DNA from: a virus
Virus record (IMG/VR): IMGVR_UViG_3300046057_000055
Coordinates: 1-57,285 of that record
Reading direction: 5' to 3' (one strand)
Length of the DNA stretch: 57,285 bases
Numbering within the stretch: position 1 is the first letter of the stretch; each line of letters begins with the position of its first letter. The position numbers were made by a program, and so were the translations under genes. Below, one piece after another: positions 35,025 to 43,178 of the stretch. The notes beneath the pieces were generated by a model. That model searched no databases, was not told where the DNA came from, and worked only from the letters and a program-made list of their open reading frames with translations.

Positions 35025-35632
35025 TCATGGTCTTGGGATTTCGGTGCGCGCTCGATGTCGAGGTCCTTGGCGGCCATCCGGACGCCGCGCTCGATCGAGA
35101 CGTCGCGACCGGAGTAGTGCGCCCGCCAGAGATCGGGCCGCCAGCTCGTCGGCTCCTCGTGCGCCGTGACGATCACGGCCGGACCGCGTGCGGTGGCTGC
35201 AGGGATTTCGAACAGACGGACGTGGACCTGCCGCCGGCGCAGCCACTCCGGAGCGCCAGGGTACAGCTTCGAGCCGTGATACCGCGCCCACGACGCCGCT
35301 TCCGGGCGGGCCGCCCAGTCGCTCGCGAACGACGCTAACGGTTGGGGTCTGTAGCCCGCTGCGGCGAGGTCGTCCAGGACGTCGTCGACGGTGACGCCCT
35401 GGAGTGTCGCGACGCGTTCGTCGACGCCGACGTCGGTCTCCGCGTAGAGATCGCCGTCGGCATTGGTGAACACGCGGTGGAGCAGCGGGACGGCTAGCCG
35501 GCGGACTGGTGCCCAGAACCGCGAGTCCTCGCTGAACCAGTCGCCTGGGGCGTACAGCCGTGCCGCGACGAGTGTCGCGACCAGGGCGACGCCGCCGACG
35601 TAGATGACGTCCGGTGAAAGCTGGTCGATCAT
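35021..35632 (-). CDS. Signal-anchored protein of unknown function (203 aa)
   Basis: The N-terminal G/A/V/T-rich helix VIYVGGVALVATLVAARLY resembles a SAR-type anchor. ATG 35632 chosen because the ORF-track extension overlaps the tRNA-like gene. Confidence 0.55.
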   Translation of the reverse strand: MIDQLSPDVIYVGGVALVATLVAARLYAPGDWFSEDSRFWAPVRRLAVPLLHRVFTNADGDLYAETDVGVDERVATLQGVTVDDVLDDLAAAGYRPQPLASFASDWAARPEAASWARYHGSKLYPGAPEWLRRRQVHVRLFEIPAATARGPAVIVTAHEEPTSWRPDLWRAHYSGRDVSIERGVRMAAKDLDIERAPKSQDHE

Positions 35633-35645
35633 GAGTATGGAAAAG

Positions 35646-35742
35646 CGCTCGGAGCGCGATTTGAACGCGCGACAGGGCTGCGGACGGTCAACAACTATCG
35701 CATTTTTCGAACGCAGCCTGGCTCGTCCTCGCCAGCCCGAGC
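35646..35742 (-). tRNA. tRNA-like gene (97 nt) with an expanded anticodon region; isotype unresolved
   Basis: 7-bp acceptor stem GCTCGGG/TCCGAGC. Canonical T-arm GCGCG-TTCAAAT-CGCGC. D-arm GGC-GAGGACGA-GCC. A 7-bp helix GGCTGCG/CGCAGCC encloses 29 nt containing TTCGAA. A TTTT run follows the 3' end. Confidence 0.55.
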
Positions 35743-35982
35743 AAGGGGTACTTGGAGCGGGTGGCCGGGGCGGAGTGGCTACCGCGACCGTCATGTCCTG
35801 ACGCCCGGCTCGCGGTTGTCCCGCGAATCCTCGGGCGACGATCGCTCCCGGCGCGGTCAGGACGCCGCGTCATCCCTGGTCTCGTACATGGCCTCCGGTG
35901 AGGGCCGAGGTGATTTGTGGTCAGTCCGCGCGTCCTGATGCGATGCGGTTCCCTCGAGCAGCCCACACTGGGACTGACGCCG

Positions 35983-36336
35983 TCATCGGGAGCCGCGGTC
36001 GTCGAGAAACGCCTCGATCTCGCTGATCTGCTCAGTCGACCAGCGACTCGACGCCCGGGCACGGTCGGCGTCGACGCTGATCGGGCGGCCCGTGATGACC
36101 TCGCGGCTCGAGTCACGGACCACGATCTCGAACGCGACGCCGTCGACGTCGGCCACGAAGCAGTAGATGTCTCGCCCGTCCCGGTGAACGTCGCCGCGTG
36201 TGATACAGCGCCGGACGACCTCGCCGTCCAGGTGCCGGTCGTAGCCGTCCGCCCCGCGGCCACGAAGCCGCTGGGCGAACAGGTTCGACGGCGAGAACGC
36301 GGACGGCTCTCTGGGGAGCGGGACTTCGGTCGACAT
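35983..36336 (-). CDS. Hypothetical protein (117 aa)
   Basis: ORF track. No motif recognised. Confidence 0.5.
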   Translation of the reverse strand: MSTEVPLPREPSAFSPSNLFAQRLRGRGADGYDRHLDGEVVRRCITRGDVHRDGRDIYCFVADVDGVAFEIVVRDSSREVITGRPISVDADRARASSRWSTEQISEIEAFLDDRGSR

Positions 36337-36351
36337 GAATGCAGAGTGTGT

Positions 36352-36993
36352 TCAGCGGTCTAGGACCACCGCATCCGCGATCGCCGCGCGAACATCCAGC
36401 CCGTTGCTGTCCTCGACTGGGACGGCCTGGTCGACGACCGCGTCGAACAGCTGGCGTCGATCGAGTTGGACGTCGTGCTTGTCCTCGGCCCGGAGTGTCC
36501 GCGCTGCGCGGTGGAGGAAGTACGCCGTCTCGAAGGGGAAGCGGTCGCGGATGATCGCCTCACCGTGCTGGTGGGCGGTGTTGCCGCAGCGACAGACCGT
36601 GCCCGTCGCGACGCCGCGCTCGACGATCGGTCGGTCGCCCTCTTCGTCGACATCCATCGAGATCTCGCCCTGGTCGGCGTGCTCGGTTCGGTACTGGTAG
36701 CCCACGAGGACGTCCTTCGCGTGGTCCCACTCCTGGTGGTCGCTGGGGCCGATCACGACCGTGGAGTCCGGCTTGTCGACCGTCTTCAGCTGGCGTCCGC
36801 AGGTCTTGCAGAAGCGATGGTCGTGCTCAAGGATCTCCAAGATCCGCCCTGCCTGTTTGGCCCGCTTGTGGGCGCGGTGGCAGGCCGTCGAGCAGAACGA
36901 CCCTGCGACCGACGTCGACGGCCGGCGGTCACCGCCGCAGTGCGAGCATTCGTACGTCTCTTCGTCCGTCGGCTGGCTGGGCATTGTACTCAT
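36352..36993 (-). CDS. Multi-Cys zinc-finger protein (213 aa)
   Basis: CSHCG...CSTACH, CKTCG and CRCGNTAHQH clusters. ATG 36993 chosen. Confidence 0.55.
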   Translation of the reverse strand: MSTMPSQPTDEETYECSHCGGDRRPSTSVAGSFCSTACHRAHKRAKQAGRILEILEHDHRFCKTCGRQLKTVDKPDSTVVIGPSDHQEWDHAKDVLVGYQYRTEHADQGEISMDVDEEGDRPIVERGVATGTVCRCGNTAHQHGEAIIRDRFPFETAYFLHRAARTLRAEDKHDVQLDRRQLFDAVVDQAVPVEDSNGLDVRAAIADAVVLDR

Positions 36994-37122
36994 GATTTTG
37001 CGGGACGGTCGGCTATCGGCACCAAGGGCGCTCTGAACGCCCCCAGGTAGAACAGTCGCGTTACTGGTAATTGCGGGCTGGTTATCCATAAATGCGCGTT
37101 TAGACCCGCTCTGCGGGTCTAA

Positions 37123-37362
37123 TCATGTTGTTCGATAGAGGTGATGCCGGGCATCGCCGTAATCCGGATGCTCAGTGACGAGGTCCTGGTCTTCGAGGCG
37201 GTCAAGCGCATCCTGCACGCCTGTCTCTGAGAGAGCCGTCGTCTCGATCAGTTCCCGCTGGGTGAGTGGCCCCTCGTTGTCCAGGACGACGTAGACGAGT
37301 TTCGTCGCCGGCGTGGACGATGCGAGCTCGGTCGGGATCTCGATCTGTTCCTGGTCAGTCAT
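37123..37362 (-). CDS. Small winged-helix DNA-binding protein (79 aa)
   Basis: KLVYVVLDNEGPLTQRELIETTALSETGVQDALDRLEDQDLV. ATG 37362 overlaps the upstream stop by 8 nt (ATGACTGA). Confidence 0.65.
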   Translation of the reverse strand: MTDQEQIEIPTELASSTPATKLVYVVLDNEGPLTQRELIETTALSETGVQDALDRLEDQDLVTEHPDYGDARHHLYRTT

Positions 37363-40300
37363 CGTTGCGATCACCTCCGTCGGTCGCGACGGCAGGAGCC
37401 GTCTCGTCGATTGTCGCCTGGTCGGGCCGCTCGCCGATCGCGACGATCCGCGAGTCCGACCGGGACTCGTCGACGTCGCCGACCAGCGTCCGAACCAGCG
37501 GCAGCCACTCCGCGACCGCCGGATCGACAGCCTCTCGCACACCCCAGATGTCGACTGTTCCGCTGGGGCCGAACAGCTCGTGGATCTCGGCATCGGCGAC
37601 GTCGACGCCGAGCCGAACCAGCAGTTCGTAGACGACATCGCCCAGCTTCTGATCCGCCGTCGTGGTGGCGTAGGGGCTGTCCTCCGGGCCGCTCCGGGTA
37701 CTGCCGGTTGCGTACCACGGCAGCACCGTCGCCGTCCAGGACGTCCCGTCGACGCGGTCGATCAGGTCCAGCGCCGCCAGCGTCTCGGCGTGTCGGTCGA
37801 ACGTGCCGCCGTGGATCCCGGCCTGGTCGGCGATCTCCGACCGGCCCAGGCCGCCGTCAGCCTCGAGCAGCACCTTCAGGATCTTCCCGATGCTCGGCGC
37901 CTTGTCAGGGAGGAGCCGGCTCGCCGGGAGGGACGCCAGTGCCGATTCGACGTCCCGCAGTTCGACATCTCGGTAGACGCTTTTCAGACTGCTGAACGCA
38001 TCGGCGACGTCGTACGGCGAGTCGCAGTAGGCCTGGAACAGCCGGACCGTCCGCCGGAATGCGTCCTCGTTGCCGTGGGGCATCATGCCCTTCTGCTTGA
38101 GGAACCGCTCGACGGCGTAGCGCATCCCGGCGTAGCCGTTGGCGTCGGCCACCTCGATCGGGAGCTCGATCTCGTCGTAGTCGGTCATGTCGTCCTGGAG
38201 CTCCTCGTTCTTCCGCCGCAGCGCCGCCTCGACGTCGCGGCGGTAGGTGTCGGCGTGGGGGCCCGACACCACCCAGGACGCCCGGAGGTCCGCCGTCGGA
38301 TCGTCGGGCAGCACCTCGCGGGGCATTGCCTGTTTCCGGCGCCGTTCGTCGGTCTCCCAATTGTTTCGGTACACCGAGTGGGCGCCATAGGACGACTGCT
38401 TGGAGACAGTTTCCGAAAGGAACGTCACGAGCTCCTCGTCGTTGGTCAGCTCCGGCTTCGGCACCCGGAGGTCGACCGTGATCGGGATGCCGATCGCGTG
38501 GTAGACCGCGGTCGCCGTCATCAGTAGGCCGTGGGCGTCCTTCAGCAGGTCCTGCCGTTCGCCGGCGTCAAGATCGTCGAGGTTGCCGAGATTCTCGAGG
38601 AGGATACAGCAGACAGTCCGGAGCCGGTCGCTGAAGTCGTCGTAGTTCTCCTCGTCACGAGAGAACCAGCCGATTTGGGCCGCCCGGCGCAGCAGCCGGT
38701 CAACCGCTTCGTCGACGACATCGAAGCAGTGCTCGAGGTCCTCGCCCAGCGCCGACGGCGTCAGGATCTTGCCCCACGCCTTCGGCGAGAGTAACGTCGT
38801 TCCGAGCCGCACCAGCGTCCTGGCGGCGCCCGACCATTGCGTCGAGACGACCAGCCGATCGCGGAGGCAGCTCAGGTACGACACCCGGCTGTCACCGAAC
38901 TGCTCGACTGGGTAGCGGTTGAACGTCACGCCGTCTGCCCGGTCGGCGGCCAGGATCCGGCTGTGTAGCGGCCAGCTGCTCGGTTCGCCGCCCTGCTCGA
39001 GCTGGGGGAGCCACTGCACGTAGCCGGCGTCCCCGGCCTGGCCGGTGTCGGCGAGGGCGGCTTCGGCGGCCGGCAGGTCCTCCCCTCTCCCCGACCCTCC
39101 GGCACCATACACTGTACTTTCTGTAGACTGTTGGGTTCCAGTAACGTCGCCGGGACTGGCCTCGCCGGTCTCGGCAAATTCGTTCTCGAACCCACCGATC
39201 ACGGTCGTCTGATCGGGGTGAACCGGCCAGTTCTCGTCATCGAGCATCCCGGCGGCCGTCTCGCCGGCGTCGGTGAGATGGTGGGTGTTTGTCGTCCCCG
39301 CGCGGTCGATCTCGACGTAGCCGTGCTCGTCGGCGAGCAACTCGACGTAGCCCCGGACCGACGACGCGGCGAGGTCGATCTCGGGGTCTGCAGCCATGTC
39401 GCGGACGGTCGCGCCGTCGTTGCGCTCGAGGTGGGCGAGGATCGCGAGTTTGCCCGGGCGCTTGTCCATCGTCTGCAAGTCAGCCCAGATCGCGTGCTCG
39501 TCGGGGGCGGGCTGATCGGCGCCGTCGTCGGGCGTGCGCCGGCCCGGGTTCCGACGCTCAGTAACGCAGTCGGCCCACTCGGGATGGCGCTTGCAGAGGA
39601 GCTGCTCGATCTTCGGCGGGCAGACGACGGTCGTCTCGCCGGCGTCGGCCAGCAGCGTGATCGCGTGGAGCGAGCCCTCGCGCGTCCCGCGGTCGTCGCA
39701 CTCGTCCCAGGCGCTCGCATCCAGCCGGAGCACGAACTCGAGCTCGACGTCGGCCGCCTCGAGCAGCGGGCCGATGACGCCGGCGAGGAGATGCAGGCCG
39801 CCGATCTGGATCGCGCCGTGCCCGGTGCCAGCGTTCGCGAGCTCAGACTCGACGTCCTCGCGAAGCTGCTGGTAGCGCTCCTGGCGCTCGGGGGACTTCT
39901 CCAGCACGTCGCCGTCGGGCTCATCGAGCGCGAGTGCGTAGGAGGTGAGCTTCGCGATCATCGTCCGGACGCGCTCGTCGACGAGCTCGTCCGGGAGGAT
40001 CTCTGCCGTGATCGCCGCGGCGACCGTGCCGCGTTGATCGGTGGGGCGACCGTACTCGTGCGCGAGGTTCCGGATCGCCCGGCAGACGGGATCGAGCAGC
40101 TGGACCGCAACGTCACCCAGCCACTGCTTCTTCGCCGGCGGCGTGTCCTGGACGATTGTGTCGAGGCGGCGCTGGCTCGGCGGCGTGGGCGACAGCCGGA
40201 GCGTCTCGGCCGGCGCCGCGAACGCCGGCTCGTACTCGACGTGCTCGACGTCGACGGTGTCGTAGTAGCGGTCGAGGTGGGCCTCTGCGCGCTCCTCGTA

Positions 40301-40693
40301 GAGCTCTTCCCAGCGTCGCTTTCGATCGAGGTGTTGCTGGGCGGCCTGCTGGAGGTACTCCTCCTGCCGGGATTTCTTCGCGAGGTGCTTCTCGGCGGCG
40401 TCCTCGAACGTGTCGGTCGGGAGCGCGTCCTGGAGGTGGACGTCGGCCTGCTCGGCCTGGACACGGTAGTGGTCCTCCGTGGCGTAGTCTTCGGCCTCGC
40501 CGCTGCGAGCCGCCAGCTTGCGGGCCCGGACCTCGTGGAGATCGTCGGGATCGTCGGCCGTCGTGAGCGACCGGAGCTTCTTGGTCGCGTGGACGGTCTG
40601 GCAGCGCGTGCAGGTCGCGCTCGCCTGGTAGCGCAGTTCGTCGACGACCCATAGGTTGCTACAGTTCGAACAGCCAACGAGGTGGTACGTCAT
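37355..40693 (-). CDS. Large zinc-ribbon / multi-wHTH protein (1112 aa), replication-initiator (RepH-like) candidate
   Basis: N-terminal zinc ribbon YHLVGCSNCSNLWVVD...CTRCQ (DUF5817-like from memory). Internal wHTH-like segments (KLAILAHLERNDGATVRDMA; ILKVLLEADGGLGRSEIADQAG). No Walker A motif seen. The function is inferred. Confidence 0.6.
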   Translation of the reverse strand: MTYHLVGCSNCSNLWVVDELRYQASATCTRCQTVHATKKLRSLTTADDPDDLHEVRARKLAARSGEAEDYATEDHYRVQAEQADVHLQDALPTDTFEDAAEKHLAKKSRQEEYLQQAAQQHLDRKRRWEELYEERAEAHLDRYYDTVDVEHVEYEPAFAAPAETLRLSPTPPSQRRLDTIVQDTPPAKKQWLGDVAVQLLDPVCRAIRNLAHEYGRPTDQRGTVAAAITAEILPDELVDERVRTMIAKLTSYALALDEPDGDVLEKSPERQERYQQLREDVESELANAGTGHGAIQIGGLHLLAGVIGPLLEAADVELEFVLRLDASAWDECDDRGTREGSLHAITLLADAGETTVVCPPKIEQLLCKRHPEWADCVTERRNPGRRTPDDGADQPAPDEHAIWADLQTMDKRPGKLAILAHLERNDGATVRDMAADPEIDLAASSVRGYVELLADEHGYVEIDRAGTTNTHHLTDAGETAAGMLDDENWPVHPDQTTVIGGFENEFAETGEASPGDVTGTQQSTESTVYGAGGSGRGEDLPAAEAALADTGQAGDAGYVQWLPQLEQGGEPSSWPLHSRILAADRADGVTFNRYPVEQFGDSRVSYLSCLRDRLVVSTQWSGAARTLVRLGTTLLSPKAWGKILTPSALGEDLEHCFDVVDEAVDRLLRRAAQIGWFSRDEENYDDFSDRLRTVCCILLENLGNLDDLDAGERQDLLKDAHGLLMTATAVYHAIGIPITVDLRVPKPELTNDEELVTFLSETVSKQSSYGAHSVYRNNWETDERRRKQAMPREVLPDDPTADLRASWVVSGPHADTYRRDVEAALRRKNEELQDDMTDYDEIELPIEVADANGYAGMRYAVERFLKQKGMMPHGNEDAFRRTVRLFQAYCDSPYDVADAFSSLKSVYRDVELRDVESALASLPASRLLPDKAPSIGKILKVLLEADGGLGRSEIADQAGIHGGTFDRHAETLAALDLIDRVDGTSWTATVLPWYATGSTRSGPEDSPYATTTADQKLGDVVYELLVRLGVDVADAEIHELFGPSGTVDIWGVREAVDPAVAEWLPLVRTLVGDVDESRSDSRIVAIGERPDQATIDETAPAVATDGGDRNDD

Positions 40694-41005
40694 CGACAGA
40701 CCACCGGCTGGGCGCCGAAGGCTGGCGTCGGAACGGTCGAATTGCACACGAGTCTCTGGGCTACTCGGCTGTATTCGTGGCCGTGCGCCCTGCTACGCAG
40801 GAGATACGCACAGCTACTGCTGTCCGGTAGGCTTAAGTCGATCCTGGCCGCAGACATAGACCAAGGCACCCTACCTCCTCGGTCTACAGCCCGCGAGCGC
40901 CGGCTGTATCCATCGCGGTGTGGCGTCCTATCTTGACTACGGTGTGCATGGTTTTCGTGATTTAAAAAGCCACGCGTTCGAACCGCATGGCGCGTCGGAC
41001 GCACG

Positions 41006-41092
41006 TCAGACGCCACCCCCATTGATCGCGACGATCGCGAGCAGCGCTGCGGCGCCGAGCAGCATCACGACGACACCGACCCAGCGGCTCAT
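41006..41092 (-). CDS. Single-helix membrane mini-protein (28 aa)
   Basis: Hand translation MSRWVGVVVMLLGAAALLAIVAINGGGV. Overlaps the upstream stop by ATGA. Confidence 0.4.
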   Translation of the reverse strand: MSRWVGVVVMLLGAAALLAIVAINGGGV

Positions 41093-41781
41093 TTGATCTC
41101 TCCGCGGTAGCGCGAGCCTTCCTTGACATCGGTGTACCGGCCGCAGTGGACCAGCACCGACCGCGCTTTCGATTCGGGGATCCCGAGCTCGTCGGCGACA
41201 TCCTCGAGGTACTCGTTCCCGTTGGCGGCGTCGTCGACGCCGGCGGCCGTGACGCCGTCGGGGAGCGTGGAGCTATCCTCGTCGTCGTCGTCCTGATCGG
41301 CGTCGTCCGGCGCGGCCTCGTCGAGCGTATCGACGATCTCGTCGTCGTGGACGGTGACCGATGAGAACTCGTCTTCCGAGTCGCCCTCGTTCTCGTCCTC
41401 TTCGTCGCCGACACTGTCCTCGTCGGCACCGTCTTCGTCGCCATTACAATCACTTGTAATGGACGCCGCCGTGCGATTGTCGTCGTCCGTTCCGACGATG
41501 TCGAACTGCTCGAGGAGCCCGCGAACCTCACCGTTCTCGCCGCGCCGAAGTCGGACAGCGTCGTCCTGCTCCGTAACGCAGCGCGCGACGTACTCGGTGC
41601 TGTAGCCGCCGACCAGCACGACCGTACGAGTGGCCCAGCCCTCGCCGTGGGCGGCGTCCCACTCGACGTGGTCGACATCGGTCACTTCCATCGGGTTGCT
41701 CCAGCTGTAGTTGTTGGTCGCGACGTCGACCTCGTCGCCTTCGTCGACGGCGAAGATCCCGGCGACAACGTCGTCCGTCAC
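41089..41781 (-). CDS. Highly acidic protein with a C-terminal HTH-like segment (230 aa, GTG start)
   Basis: ORF track. YLEDVADELGIPESKARSVLVHCG. GGAGGTGA lies upstream. Confidence 0.55.
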   Translation of the reverse strand: MTDDVVAGIFAVDEGDEVDVATNNYSWSNPMEVTDVDHVEWDAAHGEGWATRTVVLVGGYSTEYVARCVTEQDDAVRLRRGENGEVRGLLEQFDIVGTDDDNRTAASITSDCNGDEDGADEDSVGDEEDENEGDSEDEFSSVTVHDDEIVDTLDEAAPDDADQDDDDEDSSTLPDGVTAAGVDDAANGNEYLEDVADELGIPESKARSVLVHCGRYTDVKEGSRYRGEIK

Positions 41782-41975
41782 GCCTGGTCACCTCCGTCGG
41801 CGTCGACGATCTCAACCGGGAACCAGCGCTGCTCCTCGCCGGCGATCTTGAGGCCAACCTCGGGCCCATCGTCGTCGGGCAGGCAGCGCACGTTCCGGAC
41901 GTTCGCAGGATGCCCTTCGTCGTCGACGTCGTCCAGCACGATGGCCTCGTGGCCGGACTCGTCGTGTTCGATCAC
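41778..41975 (-). CDS. Hypothetical acidic protein (65 aa, GTG start)
   Basis: GTG 41975 is preceded by GGGAGGTGG and overlaps the upstream stop (GTGA). The ORF-track N-terminal extension is R-rich shadow sequence. Confidence 0.45.
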   Translation of the reverse strand: MIEHDESGHEAIVLDDVDDEGHPANVRNVRCLPDDDGPEVGLKIAGEEQRWFPVEIVDADGGDQA

Positions 41976-42124
41976 GTCTCGCCACCTCCCGACCGACGTG
42001 CGGCTCTCTGCAGTCTGCTCGCGAACACCGCGGCCTCGACTGACGTGATCCCGCCGACCTCCGACCAGTCGACGTCCTCCAGGTGCTCGGCGATCTCCGC
42101 GAGGTCCTCGTTCGTCGAGGACAT
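41972..42124 (-). CDS. Hypothetical small protein (50 aa)
   Basis: Hand translation MSSTNEDLAEIAEHLEDVDWSEVGGITSVEAAVFASRLQRAARRSGGGET. Overlaps the Dam stop by TGATG. Confidence 0.4.
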   Translation of the reverse strand: MSSTNEDLAEIAEHLEDVDWSEVGGITSVEAAVFASRLQRAARRSGGGET

Positions 42125-43008
42125 CAGGTGTCACCTCCGTCGCGGTCAGTGCCCGTCTGTACTGAACGGCCATTTCCTCCATCGGTAGCCGCGAATAATG
42201 TCCGCTGGTCTGCCCCAGCGAATAGTGGCACCTCCGACGAGTCGAAGTTCAGAAACAGCCGTTCGGTCACTTCGACCGACTCGGCGTTGTTTGACTCGTG
42301 GTGGTGAGTCTGCGTCACCTGCGTCCAGTCGCCGTAGCCGGCCGGTTCGTCGGTGTAGGAGACCAGCGCGTAGCCGTCGATATCGGCCAGCGTGTCAGCG
42401 AGGTCTCCGTGGTCGAACTCGCCGACTCGGTAGGTGTGCTCCTTCCCGAGGTACGGTGGATCGAGGTAGAACACCGTCTCGTCACCGTCGTACTTGTCGA
42501 TGACGTCCTGGTAGTCGGCGTTCTGAACCGAGACGCCCTGGAAGCGGTCGGCGATCTGGTCGATCCGTTCGTCGACAGACTTCCAGAGGTTCGAGGCACC
42601 TCGCTTCTTGCGCGGCTGGTCTCTCTTGAACCCGGCTCCGTGGTCGTACTTGCCACCGAACTGCGTGAACCGGAGGTACATCCAGCGACCGGCGCGCTCT
42701 ACGGAATCGTCGGGGCGGTCGCCGTCGTAGTACTCGCGGACCCACTCGTTGTAAACCTCCTCGCTGAATGGGGTCCGCCGGCACCACTCTGCGAGATCGT
42801 CGGGTCGCTCCCGGGCGACCTCGAAGAACTGGACGATGTCGCCGTCGACGTCGTTGTAGACCTCGATGTGGCTCCGTTGCTTGTTGAGAAGGACCGCCGC
42901 AGAGCCGCCGAACGGCTCCACGTAGACCGTGTGGTCCGGCAGGTGGTCGATAATCCAGTCGGTGAGTAGCGTCTTGCCACCGGGATAGGGGAACGCTGAG
43001 AGCGTCAC
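42124..43008 (-). CDS. Dam-type N6-adenine DNA methyltransferase (294 aa, GTG start)
   Basis: FPYPGGK, motif I VEPFGGSAAV and motif IV FYLDPPY (alpha-class order). GTG 43008 is preceded by GGAGGTGG and overlaps the upstream stop. Confidence 0.8.
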   Translation of the reverse strand: MTLSAFPYPGGKTLLTDWIIDHLPDHTVYVEPFGGSAAVLLNKQRSHIEVYNDVDGDIVQFFEVARERPDDLAEWCRRTPFSEEVYNEWVREYYDGDRPDDSVERAGRWMYLRFTQFGGKYDHGAGFKRDQPRKKRGASNLWKSVDERIDQIADRFQGVSVQNADYQDVIDKYDGDETVFYLDPPYLGKEHTYRVGEFDHGDLADTLADIDGYALVSYTDEPAGYGDWTQVTQTHHHESNNAESVEVTERLFLNFDSSEVPLFAGADQRTLFAATDGGNGRSVQTGTDRDGGDT

Positions 43009-43178
43009 GCAGACCACCTCCGACCGCAGGTTTCGCACACCCAGCAATCACCGTCCCAGCCGTGGAGAGTGTCACCAACGCAGCGGTGACAGTAGCGGAG
43101 CTGTGGCGACTCGTCGGATGGGTGCAGTGGCGCTTGTCCGATTCGGTCAGTATCGCTGGTAGAGCGATCACTCGGCAT
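43005..43178 (-). CDS. Zinc-ribbon mini-protein between the Dcm and Dam genes (57 aa)
   Basis: Hand translation ...LRYCHRCVGDTLHGWDGDCWVCETCGRRWSA. The ATG is preceded by GGAGGGG. Confidence 0.45.
   Translation of the reverse strand: MPSDRSTSDTDRIGQAPLHPSDESPQLRYCHRCVGDTLHGWDGDCWVCETCGRRWSA

Noticed and set aside
35670-35712. A canonical bulge-helix-bulge intron at position 37/38 in the tRNA-like gene.
   Set aside because: I tried all three registers of the 7-bp helix. None gave a 4-bp central helix flanked by 3-nt bulges. The intron interpretation stays unproven and the isotype is not called.
40969-40991. A T-arm-like hairpin gccacgcg-ttcgaac-cgcatggc that suggests a tRNA.
   Set aside because: It has one internal mismatch and no acceptor, D or anticodon arms around it. 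The flanking sequence is AT-rich promoter-like DNA. I kept it only as part of the long leader observation.
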